DNA of 64,000 nucleotides from Haliotis cracherodii (Eukaryota). The notes below the pieces were generated by a model that was not told the origin of the DNA, did not search any database, and saw only the letters and a program-made list of their open reading frames with translations. A program made the position numbers and the translations under genes. The DNA lies in the NCBI RefSeq assembly GCF_022045235.1, contig NW_027266341.1, positions 19,654,001 through 19,718,000 of the forward strand. The letters run 5' to 3'. This document shows, one piece after another, positions 1 through 12,651 of this stretch; the first letter of the stretch is position 1, and each line of letters starts with the position of its first letter.

Positions 1-174
1 GTGTCAACGTGAACGCGTATTGTGTACAGGTAGCGTCCTTGAGGACACGTGTAGGAGTGGTAATAACAGCATTTCGTCCATGACGAGGTGTCGACCTGCG
101 GCATAGTGTACGTGTTTGGTGTTCAGGTAGTTGTCATAAGAGAACCACTTTTTGGTCTTGTTAAAACATAAATG

Positions 175-430
175 TTGGTTGGTTGGTTGGTTTGTTGTTT
201 AACGCCGCACTCAGCGCTATTCCAGCTATATGACGGTGGTCTGTAAATAATCGAGTCTGGACCAGACAATCCAGTGGTTAATATCATGAGCATCGATCCA
301 CGCAATTGGGATCGATGACATGTATCAACCAAGTCAGCGAGCCTGACAACCCGATCCCGTTAGTCGCCTCTTACGACAAGCATAGTCGCCTTTTACGACA
401 AGCATAGTCGCCTTTTACGGCAAGTATGGA
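175..430 (-). mobile_element. SINE family B copy (three tandem hairpin modules)
   Basis: Reverse complement of the element at 16514, with a (CAAC)n tail. Confidence 0.85.
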
Positions 431-1847
431 AAACATAAATGTCGAAGAAAGAGCTGACGATGAGCCTGTGTCAGGAGCACCCAAACCCTCTTTGTTGCAT
501 TTTTTATTTTAATCTGTAAATAATAAAAGTAATTGAATAATAATAATGCGCTTGTAAAGCGAATAACTCCATAAACAGTGATACATTATCATACCCGGGT
601 CAGTGGATCATTGTGGACCCGATTTTCATTCTCAGCTCCCTTGGGAGTATACCATGTATGTGTAACTAGCCTGTTTTGAGCTTTGGTTAGGATAGTGGCT
701 GCTACGTTTGGATAGATGAGCAAATCATGTGTTTTGTGTTTCAAACGCTATTGGATGTCCAAACTGGTGATGGTGATGCATTTGAGTGACACCTAATGTA
801 TGAGATACGAAGACAATCCCGAAACATGTTATCCAACGTTATGAATGCATTAAAACTGAAGATTGACAGCAAATTTATGGAACACCCATGGAATCCTTTT
901 TTTGTAACGAAAATCATATGTACAAGCCTGTAGAATGTTTATGTGTAAATATGTACATATATGTACCCATTGCGAAATATGTACATATATGTACCTATTG
1001 CAATTGCAAGTTATCAGTGCTGAGTTAATTATATATATAACAGACCAGGTAGTGTCCTTAGGTAACCCGAAAGTCAATAACTTACAAACACCATTGTCAG
1101 CAACTCGTGTTTGTTGTTGCTTTGTGTTAAACATGTTGTACTAATTGCTCTGAACTTCTCATCGCGGTAAGCAGAAGTTCACTAAGGTGTAGGTAAACGC
1201 AAGTTCACCATGGTGTAATTTAGAGGTCGGAGTCCCAGTCTCGAAATCGTAGGATTGGTCTGATTATTCAATACATATCAGGAAGGGTTAGGGTCAAGAG
1301 TGACGTTTAACAATACAGTTTAAAATTCCTACCATATCTAAGTGTGAGATAGGATGTTCCCCACACCTTTATCAATAGGGGGTTATCAGATAAACTCAGT
1401 CCGTGTAATCCGGTTGCAATTGAAAGCTTGTGAATTGTACCTGGACATGGAATGTAGCTGTCAAATGGTCACTCCCCGGTCAGTGGGTTCGGACATTAAG
1501 GTTAATGGTCATTCTAGGTCTACGTTGATCGCGTGGGTGATCTCTGTGTGTCCTGGTCATCTGAAAGGTCTTCGAGGTCGCAGGGGTCATCACGAGACGA
1601 TCTTGTCCGGCAGACGACATCTCCAGTGTCCCCACGTTGGAGCAGACGGCCATTTTGGAGATCCTTCTGTCGGTTCACTGATAATCATCATTAAGATAAA
1701 TGGACATTAACCTGTGTAGAGTTGATAAGGATTTGGACTGCTGTACTGTATTTGAAAAGAAAAGGGTTTAGCTTTCAATGGCTATTTTATTATATCGATA
1801 ATCCAGGTTATTATATTACTCAAATTCGAAAAGCTATTATTGTAACA

Positions 1848-1985
1848 ATAACCCGAACTCTATGTAACTCAACATAGAAAGGTCAGTGTATTTGTGTATC
1901 GATAACCCGATCTTTCTGTAACTCAAAACAGAAAGGTCAGTGCTTTGGGGTACTCATCCCTGTATCTCTTTGAAATCAAACAACT
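1848..1985. repeat. 54-bp tandem repeat, about 2.5 copies
   Basis: ataacccga...tgtaactcaa...agaaaggtcagtg occurs at 1848 and 1902. Confidence 0.75.
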
Positions 1986-2019
1986 CTAATCCAATGACCC
2001 CTGAACTCAAGGACCATGT

Positions 2020-2240
2020 GCTTAACGTCGCTACCAGCAATATTCCAGCTGTATGACGGCGGGCTGTAAAAATCAACTAGACAATCCAGTGACTGATATT
2101 GTGAACAACGAACCACGCCGTGAGGGTACGATGATGCCATCAACAAAGTCACCGGGCTTGAGCACCCGATCCATTTGGTCGCCTCTTACGACCACCACAA
2201 GTTGCTTTGGACCTGTTCAATCCTGGGCCCTCATGGGTGT
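2020..2240 (-). mobile_element. SINE family B copy (diverged)
   Basis: Contains gcaatattccagct, gacaatccagtga and gtcgcctcttacgac. Confidence 0.7.
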
Positions 2241-2911
2241 TATGTCAATGGATAGATGCATAGAACTGATCGATGTTTCTTGAATACGGGTGATTTTACT
2301 TAGTGTGAGGTCGTGAGGAGTACATTGGTTATGTTACTGAGTGAGTGAAACGGTCGCAGCCACAGCGACTCAACAGTACTTCAACCTCAAAGAAAACCAT
2401 CAGACGTAACAACCTTTCATGAGTTTATTCTCGCAGACGACAATCAGACGCCATTACCACTGAACTGATTGGTCTTGACCTCCATGGCCAGGAAGTAATT
2501 GACCACAGTTATTCGGGGCAGCGCACCTCCGTGCTGATCTACAGGACAATAAAGACATCATAATTCGGGCTGTCCGGATTTTACTGATCCGGACCTGACC
2601 CAGTGATGGTCGAGTTGAGGCTGAGAACTCGTTAATTAGCTACCTGTGGAACCGGTGTCTTTGAAGTTTCTGATCTGGCCTATCAACCTGCTGGTGGTAC
2701 TTAGCGCGGGTTGTTGTGTGTGGATGTGGGAGGCAAAACGAGGAGCAGTCCCGAGCTTTATGGCAAAGGAAACAATGGTGACTACCATAAGCCTCTCCTA
2801 CATAACTGATAGTGTCGGGGAGAGGGGTCGTCGTCATACTCGCTGTCATCACTGCTGGGGACGATCTCATAAGTCTTGCTTGCTTTTGAAAAAAAAACCG
2901 TTTCAGTTTTC

Positions 2912-3065
2912 TTTTGAACTAACATTTATCCGTGAACTGAAAATATTTACAGATTCCTTTGGGTTATATTCTTTTGATATTTAATAGATAGGAGTCCAGA
3001 GAATCTATACCTGAACCTAAATAAATCTAGACTTGCCAAAAGTACTGTAGACTTGCTTGGGGATT
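2912..3065 (+). repeat. Unclassified dispersed repeat (inverted homolog at about 32455-32610)
   Basis: aaatctagacttgccaaa...tagacttgc and ggagtccagaga match the reverse complement of gcaagtcta...tttggcaagtctagattt...tctctgggctcc. Confidence 0.6.
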
Positions 3066-3904
3066 TCGGATACTTTTGTTTCAGTATCTGTTTGAGAAAG
3101 ATGTTCCTACTGGACATCGTCTATTAGCACCACCAGATGGTCAATGTTAAAGGGGGCGGTCTCAAATCATTCTCCTAAAATAAAAGAATAAATGATATAA
3201 AATATGAAGAGGGTTTATGTTTATCCTATAGCATCATTATGGAATCCTTAAAATCCACCGCGGTGTATTTTACAGTACTGTTACAATGATTCCGAAGAGC
3301 ACATGACAAATTGTCCGCCCAAGTCTTGTTCCAGAGTCGCCCCTTAGGCATTCGACGTCTTTGATTGTTTCCATTACGACTGTATCTTCAAGCCGAAGCC
3401 ATCATGACGAACTCTTAGATAATTAAGTTAGTCCACGCTAGAATGAAACAGTAATACTTTTGTAACGACCCCTAAGGATGTTTAAGACTTCTGATTGGCA
3501 GATATCGGTCTGTGGCTGAGATGCCCGGATGATTACCCCCACGTAACACTATAATGACCAAGTAGAAGAAATTGCCTGTACGAGCCGGGGTTTGGATACC
3601 GGAGATGGGGAACACAATGGAAGATAACCATCTATATAACATAACGCACTCCGATTCAATGATCAGATCCTAGCGTGTGCTCTGATTGTAATCGTTTTAT
3701 CTCTGTACCCGGTTATTGAGACGTGAGTTTGATAACATGTCTGGTCTGACCGTCTCCGCCTTCAGACAGAACGACAAAGTGTTAATAATCTCGAAGTTAA
3801 TGTTTCGCTGAATCATCGTAACGTTCTGGTAGGGGGAGGTTTGGACCTGAATTGCAAGCTGACAATCCGGAAAGAATCCCTGCACATATTTCTTTTAGAA
3901 TTGG

Positions 3905-4125
3905 TGACACTGGTGGCCCAGTTGCCGTAAGGCGCCGCATTTCGCTGTACTGATCAGAAACCTGTGATTGTGGGTTCACCCCGATTATGTTTCTAGGTTT
4001 GTCAGCACCATACCCGTGCTCGTGGGTTTCACCAAAGTGGTAAACGTCTGAGACCTGCATCACTTCCGGCTTTACTACTGGAATACTGTACAAAGTGGGA
4101 TTAAATCCAACTCACTCACTCACTC
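3905..4125 (+). mobile_element. tRNA-derived SINE family C copy (internal deletions)
   Basis: Runs ggtggcccagt...aggcgccgc...ccgattatgtttctaggtttgtcagcaccatacccgtgctcgtgggtttcacc...actcactc. Confidence 0.82.
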
Positions 4126-4211
4126 GTTTTGAACACAAATATAACGATATACTGAAGTTTGTACGGAGATGTTCCGTTTGCAACCACATCAGCGGTAACA
4201 TCAGTGATTGA

Positions 4212-4368
4212 TGAGTGAGTATGGTTTTACGCCGCTTTTAGCAATATTCCAGCAATGTCACGCCGGGGAATACCAGAAACATGGACGTCACGCATTCTAC
4301 CCATGTCGGGAATCGAACCTGGCCTTCCGCGCGAACTCTTTACCCACTAGGCTATACCATCGTCCCCT
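4212..4368 (-). mobile_element. tRNA-derived SINE family A copy
   Basis: Reverse complement of the 10318/50290 consensus. Confidence 0.8.
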
Positions 4369-4924
4369 TAAGAAATGGGGTTGCATTGGATTACAAATCG
4401 TGAATTCCTCGAAATCCAGCACGCGAGAGGGACGCGGGCAATGTTCTCAAGGGTAGATCTTCCAGATGAATAGATGGCATGTGTGCCTGACGCGATTATC
4501 CAACAATGTCATAACCTGTATTGTCCCAGGTGAAATGCATTTGAGGATAATGTTGAGCCTCTGCTCTGATCCGTTACGTCAAGACCGCCCCGCCAGATGG
4601 CGCATTGATTTCTGCTGTACCCTTGTCCCTCAAACCGTGGATTATGAACCTACCAAAATAGCCCCTGGTCAGAAAGTCGTGGCTGAAACACATGTGACCA
4701 ACGCCATTAAGTGCAATTTACCATGATGCCAAATTCCTAAGTCCTTTGTGAAGTGTTTGTGGCTTGGGGAACCATTTGTATAAGTCACACCAGAAACCAG
4801 ATCTAAAGAAGAACAACCTTAAGTACATCTCGACTGCAGTCTTCTTGGATTTAAGTCCCATTTGACATTTAAGAATTGACCGATATGAAACAATTATAAG
4901 AAAACATTGCATCAATCTTAATAT

Positions 4925-5176
4925 TGCAGCGGTGCTGTAAATAATAAAATCTGGATCAGAAAAGCCAGTGATCACGAGCATCGATTTAATTGGGATACGA
5001 TGACATGCATCAACCAAGTCAGCGGTCTGTAAATAATCGAGCCTGGACCAGACAATGCAGTGATTGACACCATGGGCATCAAATTACGCAATTGGGATAC
5101 GATGACATGCATCAACCAAGTCAGCAAGCATGACCAACCGATCCCGTTAGTCACCTCTTACGACAATCATGGCTTG
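4925..5176 (-). mobile_element. SINE family B, two tandem partial copies
   Basis: The block gcggtctgtaaataat...catcaaccaagtcagc is present twice. Confidence 0.75.
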
Positions 5177-5732
5177 CCATACGTGTTCGGAACAAAACCT
5201 ATTCTCGAGTGTAATGTTGATTTCATACGCAGAGGTTCTTTGAGCTGTTTGCATACAAACAGGAATTCTTCCACAATGGTCTGAGCAAAGTGTACACCCA
5301 TTACAAATGATCACTTTACGAACAGTTACATCCGAGCCATTAACTATGTTGGTAAAGCGGGCCAACCGAGTAAACCCTTGCATAACGTTGTTCTGCTATA
5401 CCTTACCTGACTCCATTATCATCGGCTCGATCACTCAGTGTGGCGTGCGATGAGCTCACGACATGATGGCCTGACGTAACGGGGTTAACCCTAAGCTTGT
5501 AGAAGTGTTGGGGAAGCCCTCTCAAGGAAGCCGGATCAAACAGTTAGCATTTATAGTGTCAACATTGTAAGAATGGAGTATGAGTGCTTCAACAGTTAAT
5601 GATATTACGTCTATCGGCGTGTGTGTTGTCAAGTTTTCCTTCACCTACCACGTGTGCGAAGAACGTTGCGTTGTGGTGATCTCACAATGCCTTTCACGAT
5701 GGGAATTAGCGGGGCATTTCTAGATTATTGAC

Positions 5733-5834
5733 GAGTAAGTGAGAATGGTTTTACGCCGCTTTTTGCAATATCACGGCGGAGGACAACAGAAATTGAACCT
5801 AGGTCTTTGGCGTTACGAGCGCTACCCCACCGCC
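5733..5834 (-). mobile_element. SINE family A copy (internally deleted)
   Basis: Tail and head blocks are both present. Confidence 0.65.
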
Positions 5835-5942
5835 ACTGAAATTGACGAAGTCGTAATCGTTCTGTTGGTAGCTGAATATGTCACTACGAACATAATAGTA
5901 ATCCTGCTTCATATTGTGTTCAAATGCATATCTTTGATAGAA

Positions 5943-5998
5943 GGGTAGCCTAGCGGATAAAGCTTTCGCTCGTCACGCCGAAAACCCGGGTTCGATTC
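5943..5998 (+). mobile_element. SINE family A head fragment
   Basis: gggtagcctag...cgtcacgccgaaaacccgggttcgatt. Confidence 0.7.
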
Positions 5999-6149
5999 TT
6001 TTTATATGAAAAGGAGTTTCTACACATCCGGCGAAAAGACAAGACTAACGGCGTTTCACAGTGTATGCTCGTGTCGGTAAATGAGACAGAATAAATATTT
6101 ATGCTAGCATTCTTTAACATTTGTACGAGTATAGTGTAGAAAGGGCCTG

Positions 6150-6291
6150 TTGGGATTGGTGGTTGAAGCGTTCGCTCGTCACGCCGAAGATACGGATTCG
6201 ATTCCCAATGTGGGTACAATGTGTGAAGCCCATTTCTCCGCGATAGTGCTGGAATAGTGCTAAAAACATCGTAAAATCAAACTCACTCACT
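6150..6291 (+). mobile_element. SINE family A copy
   Basis: Runs gcgttcgctcgtcacgccgaaga...tgtgtgaagcccatttct...actcactcac. Confidence 0.8.
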
Positions 6292-9200
6292 AGGGCTATG
6301 ATTTATTGACACTTCTAACATCACTGCAAGGTCGACTGACATTTAACATTAACACATCTGGCACCTCTGTTCAAGTATAACCCAGCACAACATATGTACC
6401 CATTGACATCACCATGTTAATGCTTGATCTCCTTTCCCCTTGGTGAAAGGTGCCAATCTGTCGAAATTACAACAATGAGTAAAATCGAGGTATAATACTT
6501 TACATCAGGTTGATAAGACGCTAGTAAAGTATGCGCTAAGCTGAGCATAATGGAAGACAGATGAAAGACCTTGTCGCCGCCATTTTACAATGGTGGAAAA
6601 TTAATTAGTAGGAAGACCAATGAATTCGAACCAGCAAATTGTATGTGTAGATTGAACACGGGATTTCAGTGATTGAAAGGGGCGGAAGGGGGGTTTATAT
6701 TATGGCGTGCAATTATGGACCCTTATTCACATTCTGAATAAATACTGTAATTATCAACTCTAAGCCTTTCATTCAAACCCACAAGAAAGGAATTGCGTTA
6801 GACTGGTTATTCGCATTTGCAACGACGCGTTAGTGCCACGGTCGTATCATTGGCGAATCATTACGTCAACCTAGTTTGAGCTTTTAGCACGGCTGTGTTG
6901 TCTGTAGTAATAGCAAGAGAATTGGGTTGTCTTTCCCGTGAAATATAATACTTCCTGTATGGACGACCCTTACAGTATTACACAGGCCGTTACGATGTGT
7001 AGACTTCATCATTGACTATTTGTGATGTTTAAAAGGTCGTACTAAACCACGGTAAACAACATGTTTACTTCTACTGAATTAGAAAGGAAAATTTGTAAGA
7101 TTGTTTGCCCAACTATTAGCTAAGACCACCTCTACGTGTGTGAACAACGTCCATTTGCCTCTTTACGGCCTTTTGCTGTTTACAGGGGGGACTTGGGGGA
7201 TTACCTAGGTGGCGTTAGACGATATATCTGACCCTCCACTGACCACTTGAGGGAGGGAGGGTCAGCGTCTTGTGACAAATTAATGATGAAGGGGGATAAC
7301 TGTCAAAAATACACAATTAGCACCCCTAAATATCCCCACTGCCCCAAACAAGCCCTGCTCCATTGTCCAACATGTACATTCGCGGTAGTTATTCCCAGCT
7401 TGGCGTTTAAAGAGTGATAGATCACGTCATGCTGAGGGAAAAGGTGAAAATGGATGACAATATAGGTTAATACTCCAAGCATTCTTCACAGGTGCTGTAC
7501 AATACCTGAGCTTAAATTGCCCAAACAACCCGAAATTTTCATAACAACCAGATTTGTCTGCATTAAGAATCGACATGCTTCTCCATTGAGATCGGAGACT
7601 AACCATTATCAGCTTGACAGAGGGCAGGCAAACTCGGCCAACCTTGCAGGCACTGATATCATCATCTTATCTCAGCCCTTTTATTTTATCTCGTCCAAGT
7701 TCACAGAGCGTTGACCTTTTGTTTGATAGGGTGTATTTTACCGTGAAAATTTACAAATTGCATGTGGGTAAGTATAGCCAGAAGGTCACTACTCCATACT
7801 GCTGGACCGAAACAGGTTAAAAGAATCCTGCACGAATGACCTGATCAGATGTCACGTCTTGAGTTATTCTGTTGAATTAACAAATCAGCAAATGGCCATA
7901 TATGTTTCAAGAATTTGCGATGGATTGGAGCAAATGACATATCAAAACGGAGAAAAGGGATGCCGGTGATAAAGATGGCGCAATAAGCTATGCAGAGTTT
8001 TGTCCCTTATACGTGACAGGATCCGCTGCACATAGGATCCTGGGGCAGCACTATACCTGTGCCCGTGATTCACACACGTGGTAGACGTATATATCACATG
8101 GACAGTAAACCTACCTCACTCACATACCTACATTAGCGAGTTTGGGGAAGGGAGGAGAATTAGAACAGCGTTACTGGGCCGATTCTAAGGGCAATAACGC
8201 ATAACCGGGTTAGGTATAAATTTTATTGCAGGACACTAGAACGAAATTTGATGAACGCACTCAGATGGTATTTTTATGGGAACAATCCCGAGGTTAGCCG
8301 AGGGCATATGAAGGACTAAAGTAGAGGATATTGTTAGCTGGAATTCTAACTTGGGTCGTTGCTACAACTATTAGGGTATTGGGGCTTGCTTGTTGCTCTC
8401 TGTAATGACAGCTTACCACGCCATTACGGTGGGTGGTTATCCAGTGCTGACCAACTTCAATGCGTTTTCCGTAACCAGACACGATTTCAGTTTTTGATAA
8501 AACTGGAACAGTTAACGTTTCCTTGACAGAGTTGGGGAATTTGAAACATGGGGGATTCTGTTGCACGATCGTCTGAACGCTCATTGCACTTGCGAATATT
8601 AAAATTAACATTTTGGGCTGTACTGATATTTTAATGATATATTAAAGATTTCAAAGGCACAAATGCCAACAGGTGATCAGAGGAAAACCTCGGAATTTTG
8701 TCACCTTTTTCGATGCAAGAAAGGTGAAACATATTTCTTTGTTTTTGTTACGATAACCTGTTTTTTTATGGTGCCTAAAGCTTGCAGGGTGTAATTCATT
8801 ACCTGCAGCAGATTAGGCTGTCTGTCAATGCAAGCCTCAGTGTCTTCCCCGGGCGAGATGGATGTCATTCTTTAACCAACCGCATGTTTAAGTAATTATA
8901 ATTCATTTGAATATAGGCCTGAAGGTACAACTCCTGCATTGTTGATGCAGGTGTCGGGAAACACGACTATTAATCAGTTGCTAATTAATACACGGCGCAT
9001 TCATGTTGCCACAAAGGTTCAGTAATTCGATAACTGTCTGTAATGTATCCTAATTGCTTCATTATCCCCAGTTGCTGGTGTTCCATATCGGGGGGATGTA
9101 TATCGCAGGTTCAGGGAGTAATTAACACTTACACAACAACGTGACACGCTCATTGTTGATCTGTTACAATGAAGTTCTCATTAAAATGATTCTGAATGTT

Positions 9201-9419
9201 TTGCAAATGTTTCAAAGGACGTATATCTCAGACCGAGGTGTTTATAATTGCAATATATACACGACATGATGCAAGGAAATATTTAACAATATATGTTGAA
9301 ATACTGAAAGATATTTAAGATCTTTAATTAGAGGCACGGCCCTTATGATATGAGGAAATATCCTCTTCGGGTCGCATTACTAAATATCCAATCTGCATCC
9401 TTATGTTAAATTGCTCTGG

Positions 9420-9638
9420 TCCCCTGAAGATTCCGGGCTAGATTCGGTCTTCAGCAACCAATGGCCGTCGAAGAGGCGACTAACCTCGGATGGTCAGGTT
9501 CGTTGCCTTGGTGGATGCATGTCATCGCATGCCAATTCTGTAGACCGATGCGCATGATGTCAATCACTGGCTCGTCTGGTCTATATAGCCGTTATGTAGC
9601 TGGAATATTGCTGAATGCGGCGTTAGACAACAAACACT
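9420..9638 (+). mobile_element. SINE family B copy
   Basis: Runs cccctgaagattccggg...gaggcgactaa...gctggaatattgctgaatgcggcgtt; tail fragments follow to about 9840. Confidence 0.8.
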
Positions 9639-10317
9639 AATTTCCTTTGCATACATTGAAGAAATAACGCAGATTTTATACAGAACGCCGTCATATAGTT
9701 GAAATATTGAGTGCAGCGTTACACAAAAACAATCTTTGGTGCCCTAGTTTTTATTGTTAAATACAATACACATATTTCGAAATCCATTTATCGCATCTAA
9801 TGTTTATTGTTTTGTTTGTTGTTTAACGCCGCTCTCAGTCGAATGTATCTAATGTAACTGATATCAGATAATCACCTGACACACTGGACCGTCACTTGGA
9901 TCTGTTGTGTCGATATTCCCAGAGAAACCCATAACCGCTGTTGAGTTGTAACTGAAACAGTTTCGTGGAAAAAACAAGATTTAAGACACCGTACACATGA
10001 CACGTTAATTGTGTCACATGAGACAACTTTATATGACACGGGGCGTTGTTTAGCAGCAAACATGATACATTTATACAAGGCACTACTCTAATCTTATGAG
10101 CTTCGTTTACCGGGTTCGAATCCCAGATTCGCTCTAATTATGATACTAGGTCTGTTGGAACCATACCCGTGCTCACAAAATGTTTAATCTCTACGACTAC
10201 GACCTTTGTCGCCTTGGCTCCCGTCCCAGATAAACACCGTATGGTTAAACAAAAAGCGTTTGCCATCAAGCAAAAAAAAAGCTAGGATTCGATTCCTCGC
10301 ATGGGTACCATGCGTGA

Positions 10318-10490
10318 GGGAGCGGTCGGGTAGCCTGGTGGTTATAGCGTTTGCTCGTCACGCCGAAGACCCGGGTTCGATTCCCGACATGGTTACAATG
10401 TGTGAAGCCCATTTCTGGTGTCCCCCGCCGTGATATTGCTGGAATATTGCTAAAAGCGGCGTAAAACCATACTCACTCACTCACTCACTC
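10318..10490 (+). mobile_element. SINE family A, full-length young copy nested in an older copy
   Basis: Pol III A box (TAGCCTGGTGG) and B box (GGTTCGATTCC); tRNA-Asp-like GTCACGCCGAAGACCCGGGTTCGATTCCC; (ACTC)n tail; 11-bp target-site duplication (TSD) accatgcgYga at 10307-10317 and 10491-10501. Confidence 0.92.
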
Positions 10491-11455
10491 ACCATGCGCG
10501 AAAGACATTTTTAACATCCTGCCATGGGTGATTTATCTTAGAAGCGGCGTAAAACAGTACTCACTAGTACCTACTAAGCTCACACAGCGTGATTTATCTG
10601 AAATGCAGTTTAAAGTGGCTCTAAAGCGAACTCTTGATTTGAGTTGTTTCCATCTGGTAGCATATTCTCTTGGGTCACATCTTTGCCTCCGACTTAGCCC
10701 TACTCACAAATCCACCCCCAACATCAAATACACTGTTATAGCTCGGGGGATTACTGCGAAAGCTACGTTGTGGCTCCTGCTCGTAAACCGGTGTCACCTG
10801 AAACTGACCCGGGCGGACAGAGGGGACACGTTTCTCCAGCAAAGAATGTCCCTCGCTAAAGTTACGACTCCGCTTGTCGTGTGAGGTTAGAAGTTCACAT
10901 GGCCCAACGGTCATCTTGTGGTGTTGCCCTAAGCTACAGATGTCCGTTCGGACTGAGTTTGCTGGTCGATCTTCACATAAGCGATAAATATGGCCGGGGT
11001 AATGGCCACGTAAAACCAAGTTAAATCCGAGGAAGCTTGTTTAATGCATGTCAATCAGCGATTGTGAGCAAGAATTATGATTACAGTAATCTGACACCCA
11101 TGAGTCACTATGGGTTGCAGTGTACATAAAAACAAGGCAAACTTGGGATTTGATGTGTATTGCCACCTTGCTGGTAGCGTTTGCAAACAATCACGTGGCT
11201 GTAACGCGTGTGCCAGGTGTAAATATTGACATATACGATAAGATAAGGAACTTGTAACTGTACACGACAGAGTGAGTGAGTGAGATGAGACTTTGAGTGG
11301 ACGTATGTATAAGCAGCTTGATGGTCGCTGATAACATTGTCGTTAATCAATAGGTCTGTTACTGTATATAGAATGCGGTAGATGATCAGAGGACTTGTGA
11401 TAACATTATTGATAAACAAGGAGACATTTGGCAGACTTCATTATTACCATCAGCA

Positions 11456-11488
<33 letters not shown>
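11456..11488. repeat. (ATC)n microsatellite
   Basis: Directly visible; a second run lies at about 11706-11727. Confidence 0.9.
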
Positions 11489-11505
11489 ACTGTTCAACAT
11501 CATCA

Positions 11506-11665
11506 GGGGCGGCGGGGTAGCCTAGTGGTTAAATCGTTCGCTCGTCACGTCGAAGACCCGGGTTCGATTCCCCACATGGGTAAAATGTGTGAAGCTCATT
11601 GCTGGTGTCCCCCGCCGTGGTATTGCTAGAATATTGCTAAAAGCGGCGTAAAACCTCACTCACTC
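11506..11665 (+). mobile_element. SINE family A copy inserted in an (ATC)n region
   Basis: Full consensus, with an imperfect TSD tcaRcatcaYca. Confidence 0.9.
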
Positions 11666-11920
11666 AGCATCACCATGCTTTTCTTCACCATCATTATAGT
11701 GTTCATTATCATCATCATCATCATCATGCTGCTGCCTTTACGGCTTTTTTGCCCTGCAGCATGGGGCAAGATTAGATAAGATAAGATAATATTTATTGCA
11801 GAAACATTCCATCACGGACAAAACATTATGATTCATATATACATATATACAGACATACATAATTTACATTCCTGTAGACACAAAAACCCAATCAGTATTA
11901 CATATTTGATTATATTATTA

Positions 11921-12084
11921 CAGTAAACTACGGTTATAACGAACTCAAAGAGACCACTACTTTTAGTTCGTTATAACCTTAGTTCGTTATAAGCATATAT
12001 ACATCAAATGGCCGGGACTAAAAAATAAGTTCGTTATAACGGTCAACCCGTTAGAAGCGTGTTCGTTATAACCGTAGTTTACTG
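11921..12084. mobile_element. Tc1/mariner/pogo-type MITE
   Basis: 24-bp perfect terminal inverted repeat (TIR) cagtaaactacggttataacgaac...gttcgttataaccgtagtttactg, TA on both sides, internal gttcgttataa repeats. Confidence 0.88.
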
Positions 12085-12651
12085 TATACAAAAAATGTCA
12101 AAGGTTGATTATGAAGGGGTATTTATTGTTTGAAATGATAGACATGGAAACAAATACAGTTGATACTGACTCCTTCATTATTTGACAGGATATGTGCACG
12201 TGATTTCATGACTGGTCAAAACTTGTCTAGATCATACAGATATGCAGAAGTAACAAGCTAGATGCGCATTTGAACAAAACAATATCAATTTATTGTGTAA
12301 ATTTGAAAGACAAAATAGTAGTCTGCATTCAGTTGATCACACCACCCCATCGGATAACATACACAGCAGAAAGTTCCGGACTTCAAAAGTTTTTATTTCT
12401 CCTTAAACCATCACTGGTGGTATAAGAGCAATGTACACTGTATTACATATTTTGCATATAATATTTACAACAGGATGGCTATAATTTCGTACATCTTGTT
12501 TTCGAGCATATTATTGATATAAACTTAAATATTTCATTACATCTGTAGCTCTGTCATGAGACTAATTGACGAGTTACCGTCTTTACACTGGTTACTCTCG
12601 CCAGAAGCGCTACCTACCGTGTGTAATATGTTCCTCTTTCTGTTGTTGCAG

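Noticed and set aside
123-332. Family of similar short ORFs ([25 protein letters not shown]...; also ...FARHAEDPGSIP...)
   Set aside because: They recur only because they are translations of SINE B and SINE A copies; stops and frameshifts vary among copies.
10318-10400. tRNA gene (Asp-like) at SINE A heads; also Leu-like at SINE C heads
   Set aside because: There is no proper acceptor stem. The heads are always fused to a common body and (ACTC)n tail with TSDs, so these are SINEs rather than tRNAs.
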